From contig DASVUX010000011.1 of NCBI GenBank assembly GCA_036386835.1, positions 456,190 to 520,189 on the forward strand: a stretch of DNA of 64,000 nucleotides, written 5' to 3'. The notes under the pieces were generated by a model. That model had not been told where the DNA came from and did not search any database. It saw only the letters and a list, made by a program, of their open reading frames with translations. Shown in pieces: positions 54,587 to 64,000 of this stretch; the stretch's first letter is position 1, and every line of letters begins with the position of its first letter. The position numbers and the translations under genes were made by a program. This stretch comes from Bacteroidia bacterium (GTDB taxonomy: Bacteria; Bacteroidota; Bacteroidia; 2-12-FULL-35-15).

Positions 54587-55118
54587 TGCGTAGGTTTTTG
54601 CTCAGTTTTATAAACAGTATATATAAAGTAAAAGGTATGCCTATCCAGATGGCTTCACTTTTAATTACCCTGATTCCCCATTCGCTGAAGAAATTGCGGG
54701 CACCAATAGGAGAAACCCGAATCGGCCTCCAGGGGAAGAAGAGCCGCTCATTGTTAAATGGAGAAAAAAAAGCAACGCCAAGGCCACCGCTTGTGAGTGC
54801 ATCAAGCAAACCATGTGAAGCAGTGCAAAGGCTGAAAAAAAGGACATGTTTTAACGCGGTTTTATTCCAGGAGCCGGAGTGGTAAAAGGTTGCAGTGATA
54901 AAAATTCCGAGAAGAAATGCAAACACGATGGAGTGTGTGAATCCGCGGTGACCCCAGAACGATTCATATGGAATGCCGAATGCGAAGGAAACCACATCAG
55001 CATCCGGAAGAATGGAGCAGATGATGCCAATGCTGAGAAATTTTAAATTCCGGAGCTTGTCAGGATAACCAGCTCCGATTGCGTAAGCCGCGTATGCGTG
55101 ACCGAATGCTGATGCCAT
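54564..55118 (-). CDS. membrane-bound metal-dependent hydrolase, YdjM/DUF457 family
   Basis: N-terminal GH..., the block HRGFTHS and 4-5 TM segments. The protein is 184 aa. Confidence 0.75.
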   Translation of the reverse strand: MASAFGHAYAAYAIGAGYPDKLRNLKFLSIGIICSILPDADVVSFAFGIPYESFWGHRGFTHSIVFAFLLGIFITATFYHSGSWNKTALKHVLFFSLCTASHGLLDALTSGGLGVAFFSPFNNERLFFPWRPIRVSPIGARNFFSEWGIRVIKSEAIWIGIPFTLYILFIKLSKNLRNESQDRK

Positions 55119-56323
55119 TATTGTATAATTATACGTGCAGCGGAATAGACACCGTTATCATACTCAAGTCTCAAAAGGTAAATTCCCGGGAGAAGGCCAT
55201 CGCCTTCAAAGAGAATCGCATCCGAAAGGGCACCCTGTTGTGTTTTAACGACTTTTCCCGAAACATCATAAAGCGAGATCATATAAGCGCCTTTTTCCTG
55301 ACTGCTGGGATATATGAAGGTCTGATCATGAAAAGGATTCGGACTCACCCGTATGTGATCAGTAACAGCGGATTTAGTAATGTCAGTAGTCATATTTTCC
55401 AGGATATTCTTAAAGGCATAAAATTCATTATTCCTTATTCTGAAATGCCTGTAGTTATATGAGAATGAGAACACACCCAGTGAATAATAATCAGACATGT
55501 TATCAGTGTAAAAAAAAGAGCTTCCGCTTTGCCCGGGAATGCCGTTGGCTTCACTGCTGTTCACGGTTAACCACATCGGATCACTCCCGTCAACATAACC
55601 ATAATTATAATACATGGTATCGCCATTGTAGATCTGGGTCGTATCGAAAGGATTCACTATGCCCGGATAACTTAGTTTGTGCAGTACGTTGTCCGTATAA
55701 AAAGCAGGATCAGAATTATAACCAATGCCGATCCAGCCGGTTTGAGATCCGAGAGGCTGATTCAGCTCCAGTAATGCAAAATCTTTAGAGAAGATCCCAT
55801 CATAAAAAGACTTAAACATATAATATTTTCGCACAACAGCCGGGGTAAACGCAGGATCAACCATTCCATTATTGTAAGCCGGGGCAATAAGAATACTATC
55901 TCCGTTCCAGCTTCCGGAAGAATAGATACAGTGCGCAGCGGTAAGTACCAGTTTTTCTGAGATCATCATCCCTGAACAGCATCCGCTGCTGATTGTATCT
56001 GAATTTAAATACATGAGCCGGGTTGAGGCAGAGAAAGGATATAAATTTACGGGATTGAACTCGGCAGCAGGAACAAGCCTGGTGAATGAAGCACCTGAAA
56101 AAAGGTTGCTCACGGGAGCTGAAAGGTCGAGCGATACCTGCCCGCCGGGTGCTGGGAAGGAGGAGGTGTGTGAAGCGGTCAGGGATGTATCAAAAGGTTG
56201 AGAGGCAATGAGGTTGGTAACATGTGATCTTACATCATAAGTAATGATCGTATCAGATTGTGAAAACGCGGGCACAGCAATTACCTGTAGCAAAACCGGC
56301 CATATTCCATTTAGTAATCTCAT
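55118..56323 (-). CDS. secreted trypsin-like (S1B, V8/Glu-endopeptidase-like) serine protease with T9SS CTD
   Basis: Signal peptide present. The catalytic blocks are LTAAHC, DFALLEL and GQSGSSFF. The tail is VSPNPFHDQTFIY...GIYLLRLEY...ARIIIQ. Confidence 0.8.
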   Translation of the reverse strand: MRLLNGIWPVLLQVIAVPAFSQSDTIITYDVRSHVTNLIASQPFDTSLTASHTSSFPAPGGQVSLDLSAPVSNLFSGASFTRLVPAAEFNPVNLYPFSASTRLMYLNSDTISSGCCSGMMISEKLVLTAAHCIYSSGSWNGDSILIAPAYNNGMVDPAFTPAVVRKYYMFKSFYDGIFSKDFALLELNQPLGSQTGWIGIGYNSDPAFYTDNVLHKLSYPGIVNPFDTTQIYNGDTMYYNYGYVDGSDPMWLTVNSSEANGIPGQSGSSFFYTDNMSDYYSLGVFSFSYNYRHFRIRNNEFYAFKNILENMTTDITKSAVTDHIRVSPNPFHDQTFIYPSSQEKGAYMISLYDVSGKVVKTQQGALSDAILFEGDGLLPGIYLLRLEYDNGVYSAARIIIQ

Positions 56324-56376
56324 TGAAGGGATATTTTAAATACTAAAATAAACCTATTTTTGAATAGCACATAAAT

Positions 56377-56409
56377 AAAAAATGCCTTCCGTTCCGGGAA
56401 GGCGTTTTT
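56377..56409 (-). terminator. rho-independent terminator downstream of typA (A-run/T-run on both sides)
   Basis: Hairpin gccttcc(g)ttc(c)gggaaggc, flanked by aaaaaa and ttttt. Confidence 0.7.
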
Positions 56410-56426
56410 ACTATAAGTAGTAAAGC

Positions 56427-58238
56427 TTAGCTATAGATTTTTTTCTCCTGGCGCTTACGTTCAGTTTCGTCAAGGATAACTTTACGCATACGGATAGAAC
56501 CCGGGGTGATCTCAACATACTCATCAGCCTGGATGTATTCCATTGCTTCTTCCAATGAGAAATTGATCTTCGGAGCCATACGCATTTTATCATCAGTACC
56601 TGAAGCACGCATGTTGGTTAATTTCTTCTCTTTTGTGATATTGATCACGATATCATCCTGGCGGTTGTTCTCACCGATCACCTGGCCGGTATAAATTGGT
56701 TCACCTGCCTCAACAAAAAATTTGCCGCGGTCCTGGAGTTTATCAATAGAGTAAGCGATTGCAGTTCCCTGCTCTCCTGAGATTAGTACACCATTGTTAC
56801 GGTTAGGGATAGGGCCTTTCCACGGCTCAAACGCTTTGAAACGGTGTGCCATGATCGCCTCACCTGCAGTTGCAGTTAAGATGTTGTTACGAAGTCCGAT
56901 GATACCGCGTGACGGGATTTCGAATTCAAGGTGAAGAAGATCTCCTTTTGGTTCCATCAGTAACATATCACCTTTACGCTGGCTTACGTATTCAATTACT
57001 TTTCCGGATACTGGCTCCGGAACATCAACAGTTAAATATTCGATCGGCTCACATTTAACACCATCAATTTCCTTGATAATAACCTGTGGCTGTCCAACCT
57101 GTAATTCATAACCTTCGCGTCTCATTGTTTCAATAAGAACCGACAAGTGAAGGATCCCGCGTCCGAAAACCAGGTATGAATCAGCAGAGTTTGTTTCTTC
57201 AACACGAAGTGCAAGATTTTTTTCAAGCTCTTTGAATAAACGGTCACGCAAGTGCCGTGATGTAACGAACTTACCTTCCTTTCCAAAGAAAGGAGAGTTG
57301 TTGATACAGAAGAGCATGTTCATTGTAGGCTCATCGATTGCAATCGGGGTTAAACCTTCCGGCTCATTAAAATCAGCGATAGTATCACCGATCTCAAAAC
57401 CTTCTATTCCTGTGATCGCAACAATTTCACCTGATTTGATCGCTTCAGTGGCTTTTACTTTTCCTAAACCTTCAAAAGTGAAAAGTTCTTTGACGCGTGA
57501 CTTGATAACAGTCCCGTCACGTTTCACCAAAGAGATAGGCATGTTCTCTTTTACTTCTCCGCGGTGGATACGGCCAACGGCAATACGGCCTACGAATGAA
57601 GAATAATCCAGGGAAGTGATCTGCATCTGCAAAGTACCTTCCTGTCTTGGTGCTTCAGGGAAGAAATCAATAATTGTATCTAATAAATAAGTAATATCTG
57701 ATGTAGGATTTTTCCAGTCAGGACCCATCCATCCATGTTTGGAAGAGCCATAAACCGTTTTGAAATCAAGCTGTTCTTCAGTTGCGTCAAGGTTAAAGAA
57801 AAGGTCGAATACCTGGTCATGAACTTCATCCGGACGGCAATTCGGCTTGTCAACTTTGTTGATCACAAGTACAACACGTTTCCCTTGTGCAAGCGCTTTC
57901 TGGGTTACGAAACGGGTCTGGGGCATCGGGCCTTCAAATGCATCTACTAACAGGACAACCCCGTCAGCCATGTTAAGAACGCGCTCTACTTCACCACCGA
58001 AATCCGCGTGGCCCGGTGTGTCAATGATATTGATCTTGGTCCCTTTATAACGAACCGAAACGTTTTTTGCAAGAATGGTGATCCCGCGCTCGCGCTCAAG
58101 ATCATTGTTATCAAGGATCAGTTCGCCTGATTCCTGGTTTTCACGGAATAATTTACCTGTGTGTAAAATTTTGTCAACCAGCGTTGTTTTCCCGTGATCG
58201 ACATGGGCAATGATGGCGATGTTTCTGATGTTTTTCAT
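56427..58238 (-). CDS. typA: translational GTPase TypA/BipA
   Basis: G-domain blocks AHVDHGKTT, DTPGHADF and NKVD. The protein is 603 aa with full-length EF-G-like architecture. Confidence 0.95.
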   Translation of the reverse strand: MKNIRNIAIIAHVDHGKTTLVDKILHTGKLFRENQESGELILDNNDLERERGITILAKNVSVRYKGTKINIIDTPGHADFGGEVERVLNMADGVVLLVDAFEGPMPQTRFVTQKALAQGKRVVLVINKVDKPNCRPDEVHDQVFDLFFNLDATEEQLDFKTVYGSSKHGWMGPDWKNPTSDITYLLDTIIDFFPEAPRQEGTLQMQITSLDYSSFVGRIAVGRIHRGEVKENMPISLVKRDGTVIKSRVKELFTFEGLGKVKATEAIKSGEIVAITGIEGFEIGDTIADFNEPEGLTPIAIDEPTMNMLFCINNSPFFGKEGKFVTSRHLRDRLFKELEKNLALRVEETNSADSYLVFGRGILHLSVLIETMRREGYELQVGQPQVIIKEIDGVKCEPIEYLTVDVPEPVSGKVIEYVSQRKGDMLLMEPKGDLLHLEFEIPSRGIIGLRNNILTATAGEAIMAHRFKAFEPWKGPIPNRNNGVLISGEQGTAIAYSIDKLQDRGKFFVEAGEPIYTGQVIGENNRQDDIVINITKEKKLTNMRASGTDDKMRMAPKINFSLEEAMEYIQADEYVEITPGSIRMRKVILDETERKRQEKKIYS

Positions 58239-58262
58239 TTTGTACTTTTAATTTTCGAGGTG

Positions 58263-58270
58263 CAAAAGTA
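58263..58270 (-). promoter_or_regulatory. -7 box (TActTTTG on minus strand) for typA
   Basis: The forward sequence caaaagta sits 25 nt upstream of the ATG at 58238. Confidence 0.4.
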
Positions 58271-58381
58271 GTCATTTTATCCGAGATTGCTGCCATGCGC
58301 AACCCTATATAATAGGCATTGGTCGAAATTGTGTACTTTTAAAGCAGTTTTTATGCCTCTTACTTAACGGAATACATTAAA

Positions 58382-58837
58382 ATGCCTGAAAAAACAAAGA
58401 TCTGGTATGCTGATCCCACCCCGGAATCCCTTGAATGGATGAACCGTGAAACCCTTGCGGATTCCCTGAACATCAGGGTTTCGGAAATAGGCGATGATTA
58501 CATTAAAGGCACAATGCCGGTTGATGGCAGAACGAAGCAGCCCTTCGGACTTTTACATGGTGGTGCTTCCGTAGCTCTTGCCGAAACGCTCGGCAGCATT
58601 GCATCCTGGCTGGTGGTTAACCCGGAGTTATTCATCGGTGTAGGGATCGAGATCAATGCAAATCATATTAAAGCGGTGAAAGAGGGGTATGTAACGGGAA
58701 TCTGCAGGCCGGTCCATACTAAAGGGATGAACCATATCTGGGAAATAAAAATATACAATGAAGCAGGCGACCTGACCTGCATCAGTCGTTTTACCTGCAG
58801 CATAGTTTCAAAAGCGAAAATGGACCTTAAGAAATAA
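58382..58837 (+). CDS. PaaI-family hotdog-fold thioesterase
   Basis: Block [20 protein letters not shown]. The protein is 151 aa. Confidence 0.8.
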   Translation: MPEKTKIWYADPTPESLEWMNRETLADSLNIRVSEIGDDYIKGTMPVDGRTKQPFGLLHGGASVALAETLGSIASWLVVNPELFIGVGIEINANHIKAVKEGYVTGICRPVHTKGMNHIWEIKIYNEAGDLTCISRFTCSIVSKAKMDLKK

Positions 58838-59342
58838 GGTTCTTTTTAGATGAAATGGTTGCGGTCTTCTTTCCAGGTTTCACTGCTGGCCTTGAATTCT
58901 TTTGTGCCGAATAGGAGATAATAAAATACAGCAGGAACAGCGCAATTCCGATGCTTATAAGAATATAATAATTCTCTGAACGGTCAGGGTTCGATTGCCT
59001 TTTTGTTTCACCGTTTTCAGAAGGCTGCCTGTGCTTATATTGCGCCTGCTGCTGGGCATACTGATAAGCATTTCCTGTATAAGGAACGGATGAGGAAGGT
59101 TTTCTTTTAATTTCCTGCTCATTTGAATAGCTGAAACGCTGATCGAACTTCCTTCTTTTTTCCCGGTCTGAGAGAACAGCGTATGCCTGCTGCAGTTCTT
59201 TAAAAAAGTCTTCAGCAGCTTTGTTATCCGGATTTTTATCGGGGTGGTATTTTTTTGCAAGTTCACGGTATGCGGCTTTGATCTCATCGAAGCTTGCTGT
59301 GTTCTTTACACCTAAAACAATATAATAATTGGTAAATGCCAT
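58827..59342 (-). CDS. J-domain protein with C-terminal TM segment
   Basis: The J-domain block is YYIVLGV....[22 protein letters not shown] hydrophobic helix [18 protein letters not shown] lies near the C-terminus. Confidence 0.8.
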   Translation of the reverse strand: MAFTNYYIVLGVKNTASFDEIKAAYRELAKKYHPDKNPDNKAAEDFFKELQQAYAVLSDREKRRKFDQRFSYSNEQEIKRKPSSSVPYTGNAYQYAQQQAQYKHRQPSENGETKRQSNPDRSENYYILISIGIALFLLYFIISYSAQKNSRPAVKPGKKTATISSKKNLIS

Positions 59343-59353
59343 TTTTATAAAAC

Positions 59354-59386
59354 AAAAAACCCCCGCTGCGAAGCGGGGGTTTTTTT
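59354..59386. terminator. bidirectional-looking rho-independent terminator after the SBP gene
   Basis: Stem cccccgct / agcggggg with loop gcga, flanked by an A-run and a T-run. Confidence 0.8.
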
Positions 59387-59395
59387 ATAATCATT

Positions 59396-61159
59396 TTATT
59401 TCCCTTCTTCTTTTTTCGCTTCCGCTCCGCCTAATGGCTGGGTTACGTCTTTAAGATAAACCTGGGAATAGTCCCTGTAACGCATTGGGTTTGAAAAGAA
59501 GTTTCGGATATTTGATTTGATCAGGCGGTAGTTCTCATCATACCATAAAACCAGCAAAGGCGCATCATTCATTAAAACCTGCTCGGCTTTCAGGAAGTTA
59601 TCATAAGCTTCTTCCTGTGTTTTTGCAGCTTGCCCGGCTTCAAACAGCTTGTCGAACTCAGCGCTTTTATAACGCGGGGTGTTCGGGTAAGAAGGCTGGG
59701 AAAGGTCAGCAGGAACAGAACCACCGTACATGGTCCAAAGGAAATTCTCCGGACTTGGGAAATCGGCTATCCATGCAGCACGGAAAATTTCAGCACGTGC
59801 ATATTTGGCATCTTCAAGCTTTTGTTTTTGTGGAACAACTTCAAAATCAACATTTACATTTAACACTTCCATTAACTGTTTCTGGATCTCGAGAACAACA
59901 TTCGCGTTTTTTGAACCACCGCTGTTCAGTTCGATCTTTACTTTCGGGAAACCTTTTCCGTTAGGATAGCCAGCTTCTGCCAGTAATTTCTTTGCTTTGT
60001 CAGCATCAAAATCGTAACCGGTAATCTTAGTGATATCATAACCTTTAAATGAAGGAGGACAAAGTCCGTTTGTTCCCGGGCCATACGCTTCGCCTTTAAG
60101 TACTTCTTCAATGATCTTATTCTTGTCGATTGCATAGCTGAAAGCCTGGCGCACCTTTATATTATTGAATGGTTCTTTTGTAAGGTTAAATTCATAATAC
60201 TGGCTTGCCATTTCGGGCGAACGCTCCAGTACATATTTAGGCGGTTTGTTCTGGAAATCCGCGATCTGGCTTTCCACCATATCCTTGATTGATTCGGAAG
60301 GCAATCCGATTACCATAGCGAGGTCTCCGTTCTGGAAGTTGTCCAGCTCCTGTTTCTTTGTAGGAAGGAAAGTGATGATCACCGAATCAAGGTATGGCAG
60401 CTGGTTTCCGAGAGAATCAACTCCATGGTAATTCTCATTTCTTTTAAGGATCACCTTGTCGGCAGCCGCATTCTCAGCGAACATGAACGGCCCGGTCCCT
60501 ACTTTAGAATCAATGCCGTATTTTTCAACAGCTTCTTTTGGTATAACCGTTACGGCAGGCGATGCGAGAACATACAGGAATGAACTGCTTGGCTTGGTAA
60601 GCGTGATCTTTAATGTATAGTCATCAATAACTTTAACACCTTCAATTTCACCGTTAGGTTTGCCTTTGCTTGCTTCAAAAAATTTGTTTGCGCCAACCAC
60701 GCGGTCTTTGAAGGTTGCAGCGAAGTTCGAGTTGTCTTTAGTATCGGTGCACAGCAGCTCAAATGAATATTTAAAATCGGAGGCTTTTACTTCTCTTCCT
60801 TTTCCTTCAGGGAAACACTCGTTATCCTGGAAAACAACACCTTTTTTCAGATGAAAAGTATATACTGTGCCTGTTGCATCCATCTCCCATTTTTCGGCAA
60901 GGCTTGGGATCACAGAAAGGTCTTTTGTATTGAATTTAACCAATCCTTCATAGATCTGGTTGGCGATATGAGCCGAACCGATATCTGTGATAGAATAAGG
61001 ATACAGTGTCTGAAACTGTTCTGTTTCATTTATCCGCAGTGATCCGCCATACACTTTATCGCCTTTAGCAACCCTGTCCGACCCGCTTCCGTTTTTGGAA
61101 TCTGAGCAGGAAGAGGCTAAAACTGCCAGGGAAAGAATAAACAACAAGGATTTTTTCAT
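59396..61159 (-). CDS. ABC transporter substrate-binding lipoprotein, family 5 (peptide/nickel type)
   Basis: Lipobox LASSCS. The protein is 587 aa with SBP_bac_5-like blocks (LVKFN...PSLAEKWE, NENY.G). Confidence 0.85.
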   Translation of the reverse strand: MKKSLLFILSLAVLASSCSDSKNGSGSDRVAKGDKVYGGSLRINETEQFQTLYPYSITDIGSAHIANQIYEGLVKFNTKDLSVIPSLAEKWEMDATGTVYTFHLKKGVVFQDNECFPEGKGREVKASDFKYSFELLCTDTKDNSNFAATFKDRVVGANKFFEASKGKPNGEIEGVKVIDDYTLKITLTKPSSSFLYVLASPAVTVIPKEAVEKYGIDSKVGTGPFMFAENAAADKVILKRNENYHGVDSLGNQLPYLDSVIITFLPTKKQELDNFQNGDLAMVIGLPSESIKDMVESQIADFQNKPPKYVLERSPEMASQYYEFNLTKEPFNNIKVRQAFSYAIDKNKIIEEVLKGEAYGPGTNGLCPPSFKGYDITKITGYDFDADKAKKLLAEAGYPNGKGFPKVKIELNSGGSKNANVVLEIQKQLMEVLNVNVDFEVVPQKQKLEDAKYARAEIFRAAWIADFPSPENFLWTMYGGSVPADLSQPSYPNTPRYKSAEFDKLFEAGQAAKTQEEAYDNFLKAEQVLMNDAPLLVLWYDENYRLIKSNIRNFFSNPMRYRDYSQVYLKDVTQPLGGAEAKKEEGK

Positions 61160-61319
61160 AACTGAAAATTATATCTGAATTGGGTTAAAAGATCGTATAA
61201 ATTAAGCTAAAAATTAATTGCAAGATTACATCAACTTTCACGAATATACAAATATTAATGGAAATTTCATGTACTCCCTCTGAAATCATGGATTTACAAT
61301 AAAAGGAGACAAATTTGTC

Positions 61320-61327
61320 TATATTTG
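61320..61327 (+). promoter_or_regulatory. -7 box (TAtaTTTG) abutted by a 12-bp palindrome
   Basis: tatatttg is preceded directly by gacaaatttgtc (61308-61319). It lies 123 nt upstream of the ATG at 61450. Confidence 0.35.
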
Positions 61328-61449
61328 CGACTAAATGTAAAAATAATGTGATTTTATTTTGAATTCAGTAAATAAGATTATAATATTGCGTTCGAAAATA
61401 CGGAACCCTCAAAAACATTTTGTTCTTGTTTTTAACATTAAAAAATAAA

Positions 61450-62250
61450 ATGAAAAAAATATTTTTTGCGATATTAAGTTTAGTTTCAACTGCGGCTTTC
61501 TCAACAGGTGTAATAGTACTGGAAGGTAACTACCAGGGAAAGAACCTTTATGTTCAGAATCCTTTCGCAGGTTCAGGTGTTGGTTTTTGTGTTCAGGAAG
61601 TCCGCGTGAATGGGAATGTAACCACAGATGAGATCGCATCAAGTGCATTCGAAATTGATTTCAGGAATTTACAGTTAAAGCTTGGTGATAAGGTTGAGGT
61701 TAAAATAACACATAAAGATGATTGCAAGCCAAAAGTGTTGAATCCGGAGGTGTTGAAACCAAAAAGCACATTTGAGGTGATTGCAATGAGTGTTGAAAAA
61801 GACCTGACTTTCAAATGGACTACAAAAGGTGAAACAGGAAAACTTACTTATACAATCGAACAATTCCGTTGGAACAAATGGGTAAAAGTTGGTGAAGTTG
61901 AAGGTAACGGTACACCAACAGAAAATACGTATTCTTTTAAGGTGGCTCCTCACTCCGGAAAAAATCAATTCCGCGTAAAGCAGGTGGATTATACCGGCCA
62001 GCCTAAACTTTCTAAATCAGTTGATTTCATGTCTTCAGCTCCTGAAGTTTCTTTCAGCCCGGCTAAAGTTTCAAAGGAAATCACATTTACTGCAGGAAGC
62101 ACTCCGACAGAAACAATGTTTGAAATTTTCGATCAGTTTGGTAATATTGTAAAAAGAGGTTTTGCATCTTCCGTAGATGCAGCTAACCTCGCAAAAGGTG
62201 CTTACTACCTGAACTACGACAATAAAATGGGCGAGTTCATTAAAAAGTAA
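61450..62250 (+). CDS. hypothetical secreted protein, possible T9SS CTD
   Basis: Signal peptide MKKIFFAILSLVSTAAFS. The C-terminus FEIFDQFGNIVKRG...ANLAKGAYYLNYDNKMGEFIKK resembles the distal half of a T9SS sorting domain. Confidence 0.6.
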   Translation: MKKIFFAILSLVSTAAFSTGVIVLEGNYQGKNLYVQNPFAGSGVGFCVQEVRVNGNVTTDEIASSAFEIDFRNLQLKLGDKVEVKITHKDDCKPKVLNPEVLKPKSTFEVIAMSVEKDLTFKWTTKGETGKLTYTIEQFRWNKWVKVGEVEGNGTPTENTYSFKVAPHSGKNQFRVKQVDYTGQPKLSKSVDFMSSAPEVSFSPAKVSKEITFTAGSTPTETMFEIFDQFGNIVKRGFASSVDAANLAKGAYYLNYDNKMGEFIKK

Positions 62251-62277
62251 TACTTCCACAGAACAGGACAATAGGAC

Positions 62278-62307
62278 AGATCCCGATTATATCGGGATCT
62301 TTTTTTT
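62278..62307 (+). terminator. rho-independent terminator
   Basis: Stem agatcccgat / atcgggatct with loop tat, followed by TTTTTTT. Confidence 0.8.
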
Positions 62308-62324
62308 ATCAAAAAAAAACGGAT

Positions 62325-62726
62325 ATGTTAAAGATCGAACACCTTGGAATAGCAGTGAAAGACTTAAAGAACTCAAATGAGCTTTTTACAAAGCTGTTTG
62401 GGAAAGCACCGTATAAACTGGAAAAGGTAGAGTCGGAAGGCGTTTCAACCTCCTTCTTCATGATGGGCGACTCAAAAATAGAACTTCTTGAAGCGACAAA
62501 CCCGGAAAGCCCGATCGCTAAATTCATTGAAAAGAAAGGTGAAGGGATCCATCATATCGCATTTGAAGTGGCAGATATCCATGCGGAGATGAAACGACTG
62601 CAGTCAGAAGGCTTTACGCTTCTTTCCGAAACTCCTAAGAAGGGTGCAGATAATAAGCTCATCTGTTTTCTTCATCCCAAGGGAACGAATGGCGTATTGA
62701 TCGAGCTTTGCCAGGAGATTGGCTGA
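62325..62726 (+). CDS. methylmalonyl-CoA epimerase (VOC/glyoxalase fold)
   Basis: Contains IEHLGIAV, GEGIHHIAFEV and LHPK...GVLIELCQ. The protein is 133 aa. Confidence 0.85.
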   Translation: MLKIEHLGIAVKDLKNSNELFTKLFGKAPYKLEKVESEGVSTSFFMMGDSKIELLEATNPESPIAKFIEKKGEGIHHIAFEVADIHAEMKRLQSEGFTLLSETPKKGADNKLICFLHPKGTNGVLIELCQEIG

Positions 62727-62798
62727 AGGTTAATCTATGAGGGTTGTGTCTTCTGTGCGCCTGAGTCTAACTAACCAGATCTGTAATTCGTATTAAGA

Positions 62799-63437
62799 TC
62801 AGTTATCCGCAGCAAAAAGATCAAGTATGCTTTCCCTGGTCACATCAAGCAAATATGTATGAATCCCCGATTTCGCTGCGCCTTCTATATGCTGCGGAGA
62901 GTCATCAATAAAAAGCGTTTCGGCCGGATCAAGGTGGTTTTCCTCCAACACAAAGCGAAAGATTTCTTCATCCGGTTTTCTCATTTTCATCTTGTAAGAA
63001 AGATATACTTTTTCAAAGTAATCAGAGAGATCATCCAGTCCTTTTTCTTTTTTCAATGCCGCGAAGATCGCATCAATATGAATTTCATTGGTATTGCTCA
63101 GGAGAAATGTCCTGTGAGTCTTTTTAAGCTGTTTCAAGAGATCCAGCCGTTCCTGGGGAAGATCCAGCAGCATGGCATTCCATGCGGTGTCAATATGAAT
63201 GATAGAAGGCGCATCAGCAAAGGCAGCTTGCAGGTCTTTCCGGAAATCATCGGAACTGATCTCACCTTTTTCATAGAGGTCGAACAGCTGACGCTGCTTA
63301 GCTTTTGAGAAATGTTCCTCAAATGCTGTGAGTCCCATTGCCTTAAAAGCATCTGCCGTCAGATTATAATCAATATTGATGATCACACCCCCGAAATCGA
63401 AGATGATATTCTTGTATTTGGAAAGGTCAATTTGCAT
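62799..63437 (-). CDS. HAD-superfamily hydrolase
   Basis: Motif I is IIFDFGGVI and motif IV is FIDD. The start is set at MQIDL, because the 74-aa N-terminal extension in the ORF track has no HAD counterpart. Confidence 0.75.
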   Translation of the reverse strand: MQIDLSKYKNIIFDFGGVIINIDYNLTADAFKAMGLTAFEEHFSKAKQRQLFDLYEKGEISSDDFRKDLQAAFADAPSIIHIDTAWNAMLLDLPQERLDLLKQLKKTHRTFLLSNTNEIHIDAIFAALKKEKGLDDLSDYFEKVYLSYKMKMRKPDEEIFRFVLEENHLDPAETLFIDDSPQHIEGAAKSGIHTYLLDVTRESILDLFAADN

Positions 63438-63663
63438 AAGAAATATCCCATTATTCAGAAAGCTTGCATCGACAGAGCTAACAGAGTTATAATTCCGGGT
63501 AAAATACAAAATATCTGTCATGTATCTATTTCCGGAATCGAAATGAGTTGGTGTGTGATCTTCAATTGAGTGCAGGCCGCAAAGAGATATATTCACTAAT
63601 TGATTTAAAAATTCAGGTGTACAACGATCGATTAATTTACTAAACAATGTTTCTCGCAATACT

Positions 63664-64000
63664 TTATACTTCTAACTTCTCTTTTTTAATGAGCAGCAGT
63701 AAATTCGATATCGACCAGGCCTGGTGAATGCATCCTTTGCCTTCTTTAGGATCCAGCCCGTCAAATACTTCTGAGATACCATGAATGCATTCGTGATTGT
63801 AGAAGTGATCTTTGAGAAATGACAGCTGTTCTTCAACATACCGTTTAGCTTCCTCCGAGTGGTCATTGACCTTCAGGTATGCGCTGAAATATTCAGGCAA
63901 TAGGAAAGGCCAGACGGTCCCCTGGTGGTAAGCCGCATCTCTCGACCAGACATCACCCGAATAGGTGGGTTTAAATTTATAATGATATCTATCCAGCGTC
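63664..64000 (-). CDS. glycogen-debranching / amylo-alpha-1,6-glucosidase family protein, C-terminal end (5' part outside window)
   Basis: The frame stays open to the window edge. Contains ...YHQGTVWPFLL...ISEVFDG.DP....GC.HQAWS, typical of the GDE_C domain. Confidence 0.75.
   Translation of the reverse strand, partial: TLDRYHYKFKPTYSGDVWSRDAAYHQGTVWPFLLPEYFSAYLKVNDHSEEAKRYVEEQLSFLKDHFYNHECIHGISEVFDGLDPKEGKGCIHQAWSISNLLLLIKKEKLEV

Noticed and set aside
63438-63659. 74-codon N-terminal extension of the HAD hydrolase ORF
   Set aside because: HAD motif I (FDFGGV) lies about 13 aa after the internal Met at 63437, the normal spacing for this family. The extension has no recognisable fold or signal.
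1-64000. Mobile elements, prophage, defence islands, rRNA/tRNA genes
   Set aside because: I saw no transposase, integrase or recombinase motifs, terminal inverted repeats, tRNA-like cloverleaf candidates in any intergenic gap, or restriction/Cas/abortive-infection-type gene signatures. The absence rests on reading by eye, not on a search.

Overview
Dense chromosomal segment of a Bacteroidota-type genome. This is inferred from many secreted proteins ending in Por/T9SS C-terminal sorting domains, TAnnTTTG -7 promoter boxes close to start codons, and generally short leaders. I call about 52 protein-coding genes. Most are housekeeping: gmk, purF, purT, kbl, typA, sufS/sufE, an IscS/NifS-like desulfurase, selD/selU, rimK, an RsmB-like methyltransferase and methylmalonyl-CoA epimerase. 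Envelope and secreted accessory genes are interspersed among them. I recognised no rRNA, tRNA, CRISPR array, transposase, integrase or known defence genes. Points worth a second look:
1. Three consecutive T9SS cargo genes at 7986-20137. The first carries a eukaryote-like lysyl oxidase catalytic domain, with the copper histidines and the Lys/Tyr quinone residues apparently conserved. This domain sits between a stand-alone P-domain and a PKD domain.
2. A 1362-nt higher-order ABCABC tandem repeat with 140-nt identical stretches inside a 1771-aa adhesin-like gene.
3. A 2094-aa bacterial alpha-2-macroglobulin with an intact CxEQ thioester motif and no pbpC partner in view.
4. A 45-aa Lys/Ala-rich histone-H1-like ORF, absent from the ORF track, behind a roughly 400-bp very AT-rich region.
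5. An orphan rho-independent terminator in a 550-bp non-coding gap upstream of purF, which may mark a small RNA.
6. A selD-selU pair near a NifS-like desulfurase that is divergent from a sufS-sufE-DUF59-DUF2480 module lacking sufBCD.
7. A RimK / retropepsin-like / AstE-AspA-like hydrolase triad.
No complete novel multi-gene system can be demonstrated from sequence alone. All family assignments are motif recognition by eye and need HMM or BLAST confirmation.
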